From assembly GCA_964384235.1 (NCBI GenBank), contig CAYLJX010000001.1, forward strand, positions 241,709-305,708: DNA of 64,000 bases, in the 5' to 3' direction. Below the pieces are notes generated by a model, which saw only the letters and a program-made list of their open reading frames with translations, was not told the DNA's origin and made no database searches. The translations under genes were made by a program, and so were the position numbers. The stretch is from an uncultured Bdellovibrionales bacterium. Its GTDB lineage: Bacteria; Patescibacteriota; Minisyncoccia; Moranbacterales; UBA1568. Positions 27,829 to 38,715 of this stretch are shown here, piece after piece. Position 1 is the first letter of the stretch. Every line of letters begins with the position of its first letter.

Positions 27829-27859
27829 GACGAACGCCGGATTTTCCCTTTTACAGGAC

Positions 27860-28924
27860 CTACAGGATGAGCATGCTGTCGCCGAAGGAATAGAAGGCGA
27901 AGCGATTCTCGATGGCGATCCGATAGAGATCGACGACGTTCTTCTTTGCCTGTTTGTCACGAAGGAACGCATCCACGAGGAGCATGAGCGACGTCTGAGG
28001 AAGGTGAAAGTTGGTGATGAGATGGTCGACCGCCAGGAACCGGTATGGCGGTAAGATAAAAATATCGGTTTTTCCGGTGTATGGTGTGAGCACTCCACCT
28101 CTTGAAAGAGATTCCAGCGTGCGCGTGGTCGTCGTGCCGACAGAAACGATTTTCCTCCCCTCTCGTTTTGCCGTGCTGATACGCTGCACCGTTTTTTCAC
28201 TCACCTCGACATATTCCGGATGGAGTTTTCCTGTGGAAAAATTCTCCTCCCGAAGCGGGGCGAATGTCCCAAGACCGACATTGAGTGTCACGTGCGCGAT
28301 ATCGATATCTTTCTCATCGAGCGATCGGAAGACCTCGTCGGTGAAATGAAGCGAGGCGGTCGGGGCCGCGACCGATGCCTTCCCTTTGGTACCCTGGGCG
28401 AAGATCGTCTGGTAACGCCGGCGCAGCTCGTCCTCGGGTGTCTCTGCACCCTCGAGATAGTGCGGGAGCGGCGTCTCACCGAACGTTTCCAGAAGCGAAA
28501 AGAGATCGTGTCCCGACGCGGTCGAAAGTGTCACGGAAAAAACGTTTTCTTCCTGACCGATCACTTCGAAAAAATCCCCGTTCGGGAAAAACAATTTCTG
28601 TCCGATCGCCGTCTTGCGATCGACGATGATGGGGATATGACGTTCGTCCTCGATCTGGTTGGCCAGGACCAGGACCTCGATCTTGCCCCCGGTTTCCTTT
28701 TTGAGCCAGAGCCTCGCCGGAAGGACGCGGGTATCATTGAGCACCATGAGCGACTCTTTGGGCAGATAATTCGAAAGGTTGCGAAAGGTATCGAACGTCA
28801 CCGTATCGGTCGCCGTGTCATAGACAAAGAGCCGCGCGCTATCTCGCGGTTCCACCCCCTGCCGCCGGATGAGTTCTGGCGGAAGGAAATAGTCGTATTG
28901 TTGGAGTTCGGAAAAACCCTGCAT
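27860..28924 (-). CDS. queA: S-adenosylmethionine:tRNA ribosyltransferase-isomerase
   Basis: Begins MQGFSELQQYDYFLPPELIRRQGVEPRDSARLFVYD, matching the QueA N-terminal signature. About 355 aa. Confidence 0.9.
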   Translation of the reverse strand: MQGFSELQQYDYFLPPELIRRQGVEPRDSARLFVYDTATDTVTFDTFRNLSNYLPKESLMVLNDTRVLPARLWLKKETGGKIEVLVLANQIEDERHIPIIVDRKTAIGQKLFFPNGDFFEVIGQEENVFSVTLSTASGHDLFSLLETFGETPLPHYLEGAETPEDELRRRYQTIFAQGTKGKASVAAPTASLHFTDEVFRSLDEKDIDIAHVTLNVGLGTFAPLREENFSTGKLHPEYVEVSEKTVQRISTAKREGRKIVSVGTTTTRTLESLSRGGVLTPYTGKTDIFILPPYRFLAVDHLITNFHLPQTSLMLLVDAFLRDKQAKKNVVDLYRIAIENRFAFYSFGDSMLIL

Positions 28925-29111
28925 AAAAGGAAAAACCAATGTCTGCGACTCAAAAATCATAGCACCCTTGACAAATACTTGACAATGGTGTTGATTTTAT
29001 TGTCGGACAGGTACATACTGAAAGCGTAAATACGGGTGTACTTGCGATGCGAAACCACGCGACGCAGGTGCGGTTCTTTTTTGCAGTTCAATTCATGGGA
29101 AGGGGAAAACC

Positions 29112-29486
29112 ATGAAGACAAGCAAATTGCTCCATCCGAAGAATAGTCAAGAATTGATCGCTTACTGGCTGCTGTTCCATAAGCACGCCACAAGCATACT
29201 CGACGAAGAATGTCTCGTTCTCGGTCAGAGAAACATGGTTCAATGGTCGCTGTTCGAGGAGTATCGCCAACGGCGCATATGTCCGGCACAAGGCATCCCG
29301 GTTCCCACAACGGATCCGGATACGACCGATACCGAACTCAATATCCTGTTCATTGAGTGGTCGTCAAAGTTCGGCGAGACCATCGAGAAGCTTTTCGATG
29401 TACACCCGGAGTGGCGGAAAACATCCCTCACTCCTGAAGAAAGGGAAGAGATTGTTGACATCCTCGTGATGTGCACCAGTCACTGA
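29112..29486 (+). CDS. Hypothetical protein (124 aa), lower GC than neighbours
   Basis: Followed by an intrinsic terminator at ~29521-29560. No family recognised. Confidence 0.4.
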   Translation: MKTSKLLHPKNSQELIAYWLLFHKHATSILDEECLVLGQRNMVQWSLFEEYRQRRICPAQGIPVPTTDPDTTDTELNILFIEWSSKFGETIEKLFDVHPEWRKTSLTPEEREEIVDILVMCTSH

Positions 29487-29520
29487 CCCCCCTGCCAACT
29501 GACAGAGTCTCCTTTGCCCC

Positions 29521-29560
29521 GAAGTCGTCACGCACGGCTCTCGGGGCGATCTTTTTTTAA
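29521..29560 (+). terminator. Intrinsic terminator after the 29112-29486 gene
   Basis: Hairpin ccccgaag...ctctcgggg followed by cgatcttttttt. Confidence 0.5.
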
Positions 29561-29750
29561 GAGCCTGTCTGTAAATCCTCTTTCGTCGCGAAATTTCAAA
29601 ATTTTGAGCGAAAGACGTGAAGGCGGAGGAGGGCTACTCGAAGGGTAACCCGACGAAACATGAACGTTTTGCAGCCAAAATTTTGAAATTGCAGCAGAAT
29701 ACGGGGTTTACAGACAGGCTCTCAAGAAGAAAAGCCCGCCACCGAATGTC
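29549..29750. repeat. ~200-nt long imperfect palindrome (MITE-like element or structured RNA)
   Basis: Outer arms ttaagagcctgtctgtaaa and tttacagacaggctctcaag. Inner arms gaaatttcaaaattttgagc and gccaaaattttgaaattgc. The central ~70 nt is non-palindromic. Confidence 0.4.
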
Positions 29751-29798
29751 GGCAACGGGCCTGTCGGAATGGGTTCCCAGGGAACTTGTCCCGGAACC

Positions 29799-30452
29799 CT
29801 AGAACTTCCATCCGTATGTCAGGGTCGTGATGTTGTGTTCGTCCCGCAGCGGATCGAACAGGGTGCGGATTTCCCGATTGGGACGACTGACATAAGTCAG
29901 CGCCACTTCCCCGTCATCTCCCAGACGCCATCGGAAACCGGCCGAGACCCCTCTCGAGATGCCGAGATACGCGGACACGTCCTCGTTCCATCGGTACTGT
30001 GCTCCGACAAAGAACTTGTCGCTCCCGCCGAACCGACCGCGATCGATGATCGGCGACCTGTCCCTCCGCAGATATTCCACCGCCACGGTCCACGATCCTA
30101 CCTCAAAGGCCACTCCCATGGCCGGCCGGGATTTCGCCCACTCCGGTTTCCGCTCCTTCGGAACCGGGAACGGTTCGAAGAAATGCACCGAATGGAGCTT
30201 GAACCCCTGCCGTCCGAAAGACAACACCTGCGAAACGGACCCACCAGGCGGATCCAGACCGGAGACGTCCTGCGGCAATTCGACAAGGAAAGAGGCTCCC
30301 CGACCGACATGGGCGACGCCGAGAAGCGGCGGGGATTCCGCCCCGACAGGACTGGAAAAAGCGGCCAACGACAGGCCGACACAACAAAAAAGAACGGTTC
30401 GCATAACCACCCTCCTCTGGTGAACAGGCATTTGCCTGAGGATAGTATTCAC
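29799..30452 (-). CDS. Putative outer-membrane beta-barrel protein (OmpW/OmpA-like small barrel)
   Basis: Signal peptide MRTVLFCCVGLSLAAFSSPVGA. Alternating amphipathic beta-strand pattern. C-terminal ...LTYGWKF ends in an aromatic residue, as in OMP barrels. Confidence 0.45.
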   Translation of the reverse strand: MNTILRQMPVHQRRVVMRTVLFCCVGLSLAAFSSPVGAESPPLLGVAHVGRGASFLVELPQDVSGLDPPGGSVSQVLSFGRQGFKLHSVHFFEPFPVPKERKPEWAKSRPAMGVAFEVGSWTVAVEYLRRDRSPIIDRGRFGGSDKFFVGAQYRWNEDVSAYLGISRGVSAGFRWRLGDDGEVALTYVSRPNREIRTLFDPLRDEHNITTLTYGWKF

Positions 30453-30486
30453 CGTCCCAAAAAGAAAGTCAATCTGCTCCTACTCC

Positions 30487-30509
30487 TTACCAGCCGTTCG
30501 ATTCTCCTC
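30487..30509 (+). repeat. Inverted partial copy of the tRNA-Ala 3' end
   Basis: cgttcgattctcctcaggtc is the reverse complement of plus positions ~30565-30585 inside the tRNA gene, so it forms an inverted repeat around the terminator. Confidence 0.5.
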
Positions 30510-30520
30510 AGGTCATAAAT

Positions 30521-30554
30521 CAAAACTCCTCTGTAAAAAAACAGAGGAGTTTTG
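30521..30554. terminator. Strong stem-loop terminator downstream of tRNA-Ala
   Basis: Perfect hairpin aaaactcctctg-taaaaaaa-cagaggagtttt. Confidence 0.65.
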
Positions 30555-30563
30555 ATTTAGATG

Positions 30564-30634
30564 TGGACCTGAGGAGAATCGAACTCCTGCCTCTGCAATG
30601 CGAATGCAGCGTTGTACCACTTAACTACAGGCCC
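30564..30634 (-). tRNA. Candidate tRNA-Ala (CGC), folded by hand
   Basis: Proposed minus-strand sequence GGGCCTGTAGTTAAGTGGTACAACGCTGCATTCGCATTGCAGAGGCAGGAGTTCGATTCTCCTCAGGTCCA. Acceptor stem carries the G3:U70 alanine identity pair. Anticodon loop TTCGCAT gives anticodon CGC. T-arm GGAGTTCGATTCTCC. The D-stem could not be paired cleanly and the CCA end is not encoded, so this is a candidate that needs a tRNA search. Confidence 0.55.
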
Positions 30635-30653
30635 TTCTCACGTAGATTCGATT

Positions 30654-31163
30654 CTAGCGTTGTTTTCCGAAAAAATCAAGCTGGTGGTCGGACAGTCTCT
30701 CGGTCTCTACGGTCCTGATATCCTGTTCCAGGACGCTGTCGCCTTCGCCGAAGAGGAACTTGGTCCGGAGCTTCTTGCCTTCGAGAAAGAGCGGGAACCA
30801 ATGGATGTCGTCCGGCCACATCGTGTCGTACGGGATCTCGTCGAATCCGAACCATTGCGGTTTCATCTCATCCGTTTCCATCGGCTCGCCGGAAAACGTA
30901 TCCACCCGGAACACATGCACCTCGAGGATCTCGCCGCGGTTTTTCTCAAACTCGAATTCATGGACGCCGACCTCTTCCATTGTCTTGATCTCGACCCCAC
31001 ATTCCTCCTGCATCTCACGCTTGGCCGCCTCCTCGATCGTCTCACCGTCCTCCACCTTGCCCCCGAACCCATTCCATCTCCCCGCCCCGAATCCGCGTTT
31101 TTTCATCCCGAGGAGTACTTTGCCATCTTGTATCGCGAGGCACAACGTCAGGATTTTTCTCAT
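30654..31163 (-). CDS. NUDIX hydrolase (MutT-like)
   Basis: Nudix box GGKVEDGETIEEAAKREMQEECGV. 169 aa. Confidence 0.85.
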   Translation of the reverse strand: MRKILTLCLAIQDGKVLLGMKKRGFGAGRWNGFGGKVEDGETIEEAAKREMQEECGVEIKTMEEVGVHEFEFEKNRGEILEVHVFRVDTFSGEPMETDEMKPQWFGFDEIPYDTMWPDDIHWFPLFLEGKKLRTKFLFGEGDSVLEQDIRTVETERLSDHQLDFFGKQR

Positions 31164-31170
31164 ATATTCA

Positions 31171-31200
31171 TTGACTTTTCCTAATATTTATGACTAATAT
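31171..31200 (+). promoter_or_regulatory. Candidate promoter (TTGACT-18-TAATAT) for the 31229 gene
   Basis: ttgacttttcctaatatttatgactaatat, followed by a GGAGGG Shine-Dalgarno 8 nt before the ATG. Confidence 0.4.
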
Positions 31201-31228
31201 ACCGCAGTTCATTTTGGAGGGTTTTCCC

Positions 31229-31513
31229 ATGTGTATCCATATCACCCTGATCGGGCCCGGCGAAAAGTACGGCTATTCCAAAGGCGATATCCTGATCGAG
31301 CTCTCTCCGACAGGCTGCTGTTCCATAGAAGAAGATCGGCAGTTCTGGAAGGAAGCCGGCGAGTCCCCGGATATCGTGGCCGGACACTTGATACTGAGTG
31401 TTTCGGAAGAAATCGGGAACTACATCGAGGAACTTCGGGAACGCGATGGTCCGGAGATGATAGAGACCATCCTAACCGCCGCTTTCAATCTCGGAAGAGC
31501 CTATCAGGAGTAG
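31229..31513 (+). CDS. Hypothetical small protein (~95 aa)
   Basis: GGAGGG Shine-Dalgarno before the ATG (MCIHITLIGPGEKYGYSKGD...) and an upstream promoter. No family recognised. Confidence 0.4.
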   Translation: MCIHITLIGPGEKYGYSKGDILIELSPTGCCSIEEDRQFWKEAGESPDIVAGHLILSVSEEIGNYIEELRERDGPEMIETILTAAFNLGRAYQE

Positions 31514-31701
31514 GTACTTTTGTCCGAAACCATTTCCTGTAGTATACTCCAAGTGCGAGGAATTGGGGATTTTGAGGGAGCCGGTATCCGCTTGGATACC
31601 ATTACAACATCACGAAACAACGCTTTCACCTCATCCCCTCCTCGCTCTCCCTTCTGCATCGCAGAGACCTCACACGGCGCCGATCACTCGATCAGCGCTT
31701 T

Positions 31702-32295
31702 TCAATTTCCCTCGAAAATTTCTTTTTCGTTTTCCTTGAGAATCGCCACGAGTTCGTTCCAGTATGGTTCGATTTCCGGTGAGAGCGCGACCTTGCCTTG
31801 TTTGTGTGCGACGAGCATGTCGAGCGTAACGTTCTTTTCTCTCCACATGCGGCCACCATGGTCGAGATAGATATGGATGACCGGTTGGATCTTGTCGAGC
31901 GCGTAGACGAAACGACTCTCGTGATCCTCCCGTCTTTCGTATTGTTCTACCAGCGAAAATATATCTTTACCTGAAGGAAATTCCTGTTTCAGGCGTTCCA
32001 GCGCTTCGTGCTCACGGACAATCTTGGATTCCAGATAGTCCTTGTCGTCGGAGTAGATATAGGTATCGCCGGCGTATACTTCGGCCAGATCATGAATAAG
32101 CGCGTACCGGATGACGAGATCCTTGTCGAGATCGAGCTTTTCCGTATCCACGATATACCACGCGAGCATGGCGAGATTGTACGAATGCTCGCTGTCATTT
32201 TCCAGCCGATCGGTACCGTTCGCGTACATGACCCGCTCCACCCGTCGGAACGCATTCTGTATCTCGACAAATTTGATGATTTCGTCCAGGTTCAT
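31702..32295 (-). CDS. HD-domain phosphohydrolase (YfbR-like 5'-deoxynucleotidase family)
   Basis: H..DSEHSY and HDLAE motifs are present, as is a DK...H motif. Confidence 0.75.
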   Translation of the reverse strand: MNLDEIIKFVEIQNAFRRVERVMYANGTDRLENDSEHSYNLAMLAWYIVDTEKLDLDKDLVIRYALIHDLAEVYAGDTYIYSDDKDYLESKIVREHEALERLKQEFPSGKDIFSLVEQYERREDHESRFVYALDKIQPVIHIYLDHGGRMWREKNVTLDMLVAHKQGKVALSPEIEPYWNELVAILKENEKEIFEGN

Positions 32296-32322
32296 ACGGT
32301 CAATTTTCCTTGCGATGCACTC

Positions 32323-32706
32323 CTATTCCTTCCAATCGAGCTGGTCGTCGGGGATGCCGATGGTCTGGCCGAAGGCGATCGCTTCGGCGCGCGCGGCCTG
32401 GTCGCCTTTCTGATAATGGAAGACTCGGTTGGGAAAAATGACGAAGATGTCCTTGTCACTGAGGAGCGTCGTGTACCAACCCTTCGGTTTGAGCGCGTGG
32501 CTCAGCTTCTGTGCCGTCTCCTGGACCGTCGGCTCCTGTGCCTCGAAATAGATGGCGGCCCACTGCGGCGGCTGGATCTGCGCGTTGTTGGAAACCGCCC
32601 ACGTCTCCGTCTTGGTGATGTTCAGCCCGTCAAGGATGGAGACATCCTCCAGGCTCTCCTTGAGGAGCACCCCCTTGTACACCTGCTCCCACGCCGTGTT
32701 GTTCAT
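32323..32706 (-). CDS. Hypothetical protein (127 aa)
   Basis: Sits between secA and the HD gene on the same strand. No family recognised. Confidence 0.4.
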   Translation of the reverse strand: MNNTAWEQVYKGVLLKESLEDVSILDGLNITKTETWAVSNNAQIQPPQWAAIYFEAQEPTVQETAQKLSHALKPKGWYTTLLSDKDIFVIFPNRVFHYQKGDQAARAEAIAFGQTIGIPDDQLDWKE

Positions 32707-32723
32707 AGTATGCGATTAAATAG

Positions 32724-35408
<2,685 letters not shown>

Positions 35409-35419
35409 AGCATTGAAGG

Positions 35420-35461
35420 AATAGAGAATATTGAATAAAGAATGAGGAATAAGGAATAAGG
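35420..35461 (-). repeat. Six tandem heptamers (CYTYATT on mRNA; AATNNNG on + strand) filling the secA 5' leader
   Basis: Minus strand reads ccttatt ccttatt cctcatt ctttatt caatatt ctctatt and ends 8 nt before the secA ATG. No Shine-Dalgarno sequence. Confidence 0.65.
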
Positions 35462-35500
35462 AAAAAATCCCTTTCCTGGGCCGTTATATTTTATAGAATA

Positions 35501-35529
35501 CCAAGGAAAACGGCTCCAGTAAAGGAGCC
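35501..35529 (-). terminator. Intrinsic terminator after hpf
   Basis: Minus strand reads ggctcc-tttact-ggagcc-gttttcc. Confidence 0.55.
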
Positions 35530-35565
35530 GAATCATTATTCGATATTCAAGATTCCTTTCTCCAC

Positions 35566-35922
35566 TCAAAATCTCGCTGAGCCGTCGACCACCATCTTTT
35601 TCTTGATGGAACGCTGCCCACGGAGCTTGAGATCGCGATGCTTGTCTTTTTTCTTGTCGATCTGGGCCTCGAGCTCGTCGATGGCGATGTCGGTCGACCC
35701 TTCAATGCTTTCCGTCGTGTCTTCGGCACGGTAGAGGTTATGAGGCGTCTTGACCATGATTTCGACACGGAATTTCCCCTTTTTGTCCTTCTCGATCTCT
35801 ATCTCGAACTGCGAGACGGGATCGACGAGCTTCTCTATCCGTTCCAGGCGCTTGAGGATATAGTCCCGGGTACGTTCGTCGATATCCACACCTTGAAACA
35901 GGAAACGCGTGTTGGCGTTCAT
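35566..35922 (-). CDS. hpf: Ribosome hibernation promoting factor (HPF/RaiA family)
   Basis: 118 aa MNANTRFLFQGVDIDERTRDYILKRLERIEKL... with the beta-alpha-beta-beta-beta-alpha fold pattern of YfiA/HPF. Confidence 0.8.
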   Translation of the reverse strand: MNANTRFLFQGVDIDERTRDYILKRLERIEKLVDPVSQFEIEIEKDKKGKFRVEIMVKTPHNLYRAEDTTESIEGSTDIAIDELEAQIDKKKDKHRDLKLRGQRSIKKKMVVDGSARF

Positions 35923-35996
35923 ATGCTCTTTCTTAAAGGATTAATCCTTTCAAGTATACCATCGGAGGAAAAGAACAAGAAGCCGGTTTTTTGCCG

Positions 35997-36209
35997 TCAA
36001 ATACCGGTGACCGAGGAAAGGGTGCTGAGAAAGAACGGGATGACGAACAGGAGACCGATGAGCGGCAAGAGGAAGAAAACCAGCGAAAGAATGAGTGTCC
36101 AAAGGAAGTATCGTCGCGTCTTTTCCACCGAAGCATAAATCGCATCGAGCTTCTTCTCCTGTTCCGCAAGCTTCTGTAGTAATACACTGTCCTCCATAAA
36201 TTTCTTCAC
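35997..36209 (-). CDS. Hypothetical small membrane protein (70 aa)
   Basis: Two hydrophobic helices. Lies between groES and hpf. Confidence 0.3.
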   Translation of the reverse strand: MKKFMEDSVLLQKLAEQEKKLDAIYASVEKTRRYFLWTLILSLVFFLLPLIGLLFVIPFFLSTLSSVTGI

Positions 36210-36484
36210 TATCCAACGACAGCAAGCACGTCTTTGTAGTTGGTAATCAGATATTCCTCGCCGTCAATCTTGACTTCCGTACCGCCGTAGCGGTTGAAGA
36301 TCACATGCTGACCCTTTTTCACCTTGATCTTGTCGCTGTCACCCACCGCCACCACTTTTCCCTGCTGGGGGCGCTCCTGACTGGCGGTTTCGGGGAGATA
36401 GAGGCCACCAGAGGTCTTTTGTTCGGGCTTTTCGGGAACAATGAGAATGTTTTCACCGAGCGGCGTCACGTTGACTTTTGCCAT
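36209..36484 (-). CDS. groES: Co-chaperonin GroES
   Basis: 91 aa MAKVNVTPLGENILIVPEKPEQKTSGGLYLP. No groEL follows. Confidence 0.95.
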   Translation of the reverse strand: MAKVNVTPLGENILIVPEKPEQKTSGGLYLPETASQERPQQGKVVAVGDSDKIKVKKGQHVIFNRYGGTEVKIDGEEYLITNYKDVLAVVG

Positions 36485-36513
36485 AGTGTTTTCGATTAGA
36501 TCGTTACGTCTTC

Positions 36514-36542
36514 AGTGTAAAAAATATTAGCACCCAGGTCAA
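36514..36542 (-). promoter_or_regulatory. Sigma70-like promoter of groES (TTGACC-17-TACACT) overlapping CIRCE
   Basis: Same architecture as the hrcA promoter: the -35 lies in the CIRCE spacer. Confidence 0.5.
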
Positions 36543-36553
36543 GTGAGTGCTAA
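36527..36553 (-). promoter_or_regulatory. CIRCE operator upstream of groES
   Basis: Minus strand reads TTAGCACTC-ACTTGACCT-GGGTGCTAA, matching the 9-N9-9 CIRCE consensus with one mismatch. Confidence 0.8.
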
Positions 36554-36562
36554 TACTTTCTG

Positions 36563-37858
36563 TCAGAGCTTTTCTTTCACGATCTCGAGGGCCTTGTCGA
36601 GCTGGGGATCGCGCTTGTTCTTGACATCGTCGGCCGAGAGCGAGACTTCCGTATCGGGAGCGATGCCGACATTGTTAATCTGTGAACCCTTGGGCGTGAG
36701 CCACCGGGCCACCGTGATCTTGACCGAGGTGTCCTTGGTCACGGGGACGAGCTCCTGAACCGATCCCTTGCCGAAGGACTTCTTGCCGACGAGCGTCACG
36801 TTGTCACGGTTGTCACGGAGCGCTCCCGCGAGGATTTCCGAGGCACTGGCGCTCCCCTCATTGATGAGGACGACGGTCGGCAAACGACTGAGCACGTCAC
36901 CGCCTCGCGCCTTGAGCTCCTTGCGTTCGCCTGTGGCGTTCTCTTCCATCACCACGACCTTTCCGGCAGGCAGCATCAGACTGCCGAGATTCACCGCCGT
37001 CTCCAGGAATCCTCCCGGGTCATTCCGCAGATCGATGATCAGCCCCTTGGCTTGATTCCTCTGGATCTCTTTGACGGCCGCATTGAATTCCCGTTCGGTA
37101 TCCTCACCGAAGCGGCTGATGCGGACATAGGCGATACTGCCCTCTTTCATCTCGAAACGGACGCTTTTGACGAGAATGGTGTCGCGCTTCACCGCGATAT
37201 CACGGGTCTCCTCCTCGCCGCTCCGGAAAATCGTGAGGGTCACTTCCGTACCTTTCTTGCCACGGATCTTACCCACGGCCTCCTCAAGCGAGAGGTTCGT
37301 GGTCGTCTCCCCGTTTATCTTGACCACCTTGTCACCGGCCATGAGTCCGGCCTTTTCCGCCGGCATCCCTTCGAGCGGCGCGATGATGGTGAGCACCTCG
37401 TCCTTGATACCCATTTCCGCCCCGATACCCTCGAACGTCCCGGAAATATCCTCCTGGAACTCCTTGTTCTCCTTGGGATCGAAGAAGGTGGTATAGGGAT
37501 CGCCGGTCGCCGCGAGCATCCCGTCGATCGCCCCGTAGAAGAGCTCGTTGGCGTTGAGCGCGGCACGATCCACGTACTTGTCCTTCAGGAGTCCCCAGAC
37601 CTTCCAGAACAGGGAGAAATCGATCGTCTTGTCCTGGGAATCCTTGTTGAGGAAAATCGCCTCTTCCGGTGAGAGCTTCCCGATCGTTCCGCTTCCGGCC
37701 CTCTCGTCTTCGCGACCGCGCTCGTACCCGGACCAGAAGGCGCCCCCGATCAGGAACACGACCAGGAAAAAGAGGAACGCGCGACGAAACGTCCGCTGGC
37801 CCCGCTGCTCGAAGGATTCCGGCGCCTGAGGAGGAGTCTGAAGAGAAGAAACATCCAT
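36563..37858 (-). CDS. ctpA: Carboxyl-terminal processing protease (S41 family) with PDZ domain
   Basis: PDZ domain followed by an S41 catalytic region (GLIIDLRNDPGG, S..K). Start at MDVSSLQTPP, an internal Met of ORF 36563..37936, which avoids overlapping the GT2 gene. Confidence 0.8.
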   Translation of the reverse strand: MDVSSLQTPPQAPESFEQRGQRTFRRAFLFFLVVFLIGGAFWSGYERGREDERAGSGTIGKLSPEEAIFLNKDSQDKTIDFSLFWKVWGLLKDKYVDRAALNANELFYGAIDGMLAATGDPYTTFFDPKENKEFQEDISGTFEGIGAEMGIKDEVLTIIAPLEGMPAEKAGLMAGDKVVKINGETTTNLSLEEAVGKIRGKKGTEVTLTIFRSGEEETRDIAVKRDTILVKSVRFEMKEGSIAYVRISRFGEDTEREFNAAVKEIQRNQAKGLIIDLRNDPGGFLETAVNLGSLMLPAGKVVVMEENATGERKELKARGGDVLSRLPTVVLINEGSASASEILAGALRDNRDNVTLVGKKSFGKGSVQELVPVTKDTSVKITVARWLTPKGSQINNVGIAPDTEVSLSADDVKNKRDPQLDKALEIVKEKL

Positions 37859-37863
37859 AGCTT

Positions 37864-38703
37864 TTATTTGGTGTTCGGCAAAGGTTTGCCGAAATACTTG
37901 AAAAAATATTTTATGGCGCTCTCGATATGGTACCATGTCAGCCGGTTGAAGAGGAGCGAACCGAGGAATCCGCCCCGGGCGCTGCCCTTAGCATGATAGT
38001 GGTAGACCTCCGCTTCCGGGTAGTACGTGACCTTGAGCCCGTTCTCCCAGAACCGCCGGCACCAATCGACATCTTCCATGTACATGAAGAACCGCCGGTC
38101 CATCTCCCCGATACGGAGCGCGTTCTCCCGCGAGACGAGCATCGCCGATCCGATCACCCAGTCGACGTCTCTGACCGTCTCGTGGTCATAGTCCTCCATG
38201 GTGAACCAGGCGAGGTGTCTTTTCCCGAAGGGAAGCTTCCCCAGCCAGGTACGTCGATAGAGAATGGTCTGCGGTCGATAGAAACGGTAACAGCTCTGCT
38301 GGAGCGTCCCGTTGAAATTCTTCTGCTTGGGCGCGAGGATGCCGATCTCCGGATGTGTCTGGAGATACCCGAGAAGCTTCGGGACGGTTCCTTGCATCAG
38401 GACGATATCGCTGTTGATGAGAAAGACATATCGCCCATGAGCTTCCTGGATGGAAACATTGACGAGCGTCTTGAACCCGACGTTTTCCTGGAAGGGAAAG
38501 AACCGCACCTGCGGAAATTCCTCCCGCATGAGCATGGCGGTATCCTCCTCGGTGGCGCTGTCGGTCACGATCACCTCGTAGTCGATGCCGGTTCCCGCCA
38601 TCTCCTTGGCGATGGACGAGAGGCACAGGCGGAGCAGTTCCGGACTGCGGTAGCCGTTGACAGCGATCGTGAGCTCTTTCGTTTCCGTACGAGCGGTATT
38701 CAT
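37864..38703 (-). CDS. Glycosyltransferase family 2
   Basis: 279 aa with GT-A fold motifs (DSATEED, DxD-like INSD, and the ED motif). Confidence 0.75.
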   Translation of the reverse strand: MNTARTETKELTIAVNGYRSPELLRLCLSSIAKEMAGTGIDYEVIVTDSATEEDTAMLMREEFPQVRFFPFQENVGFKTLVNVSIQEAHGRYVFLINSDIVLMQGTVPKLLGYLQTHPEIGILAPKQKNFNGTLQQSCYRFYRPQTILYRRTWLGKLPFGKRHLAWFTMEDYDHETVRDVDWVIGSAMLVSRENALRIGEMDRRFFMYMEDVDWCRRFWENGLKVTYYPEAEVYHYHAKGSARGGFLGSLLFNRLTWYHIESAIKYFFKYFGKPLPNTK

Positions 38704-38715
38704 CCCCGTTTCAGG

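Noticed and set aside
30487-30509. Second tRNA gene on the plus strand
   Set aside because: Only the last ~21 nt of a tRNA are present, as an inverted copy of the neighbouring tRNA-Ala 3' end. No acceptor, D or anticodon arms precede it.
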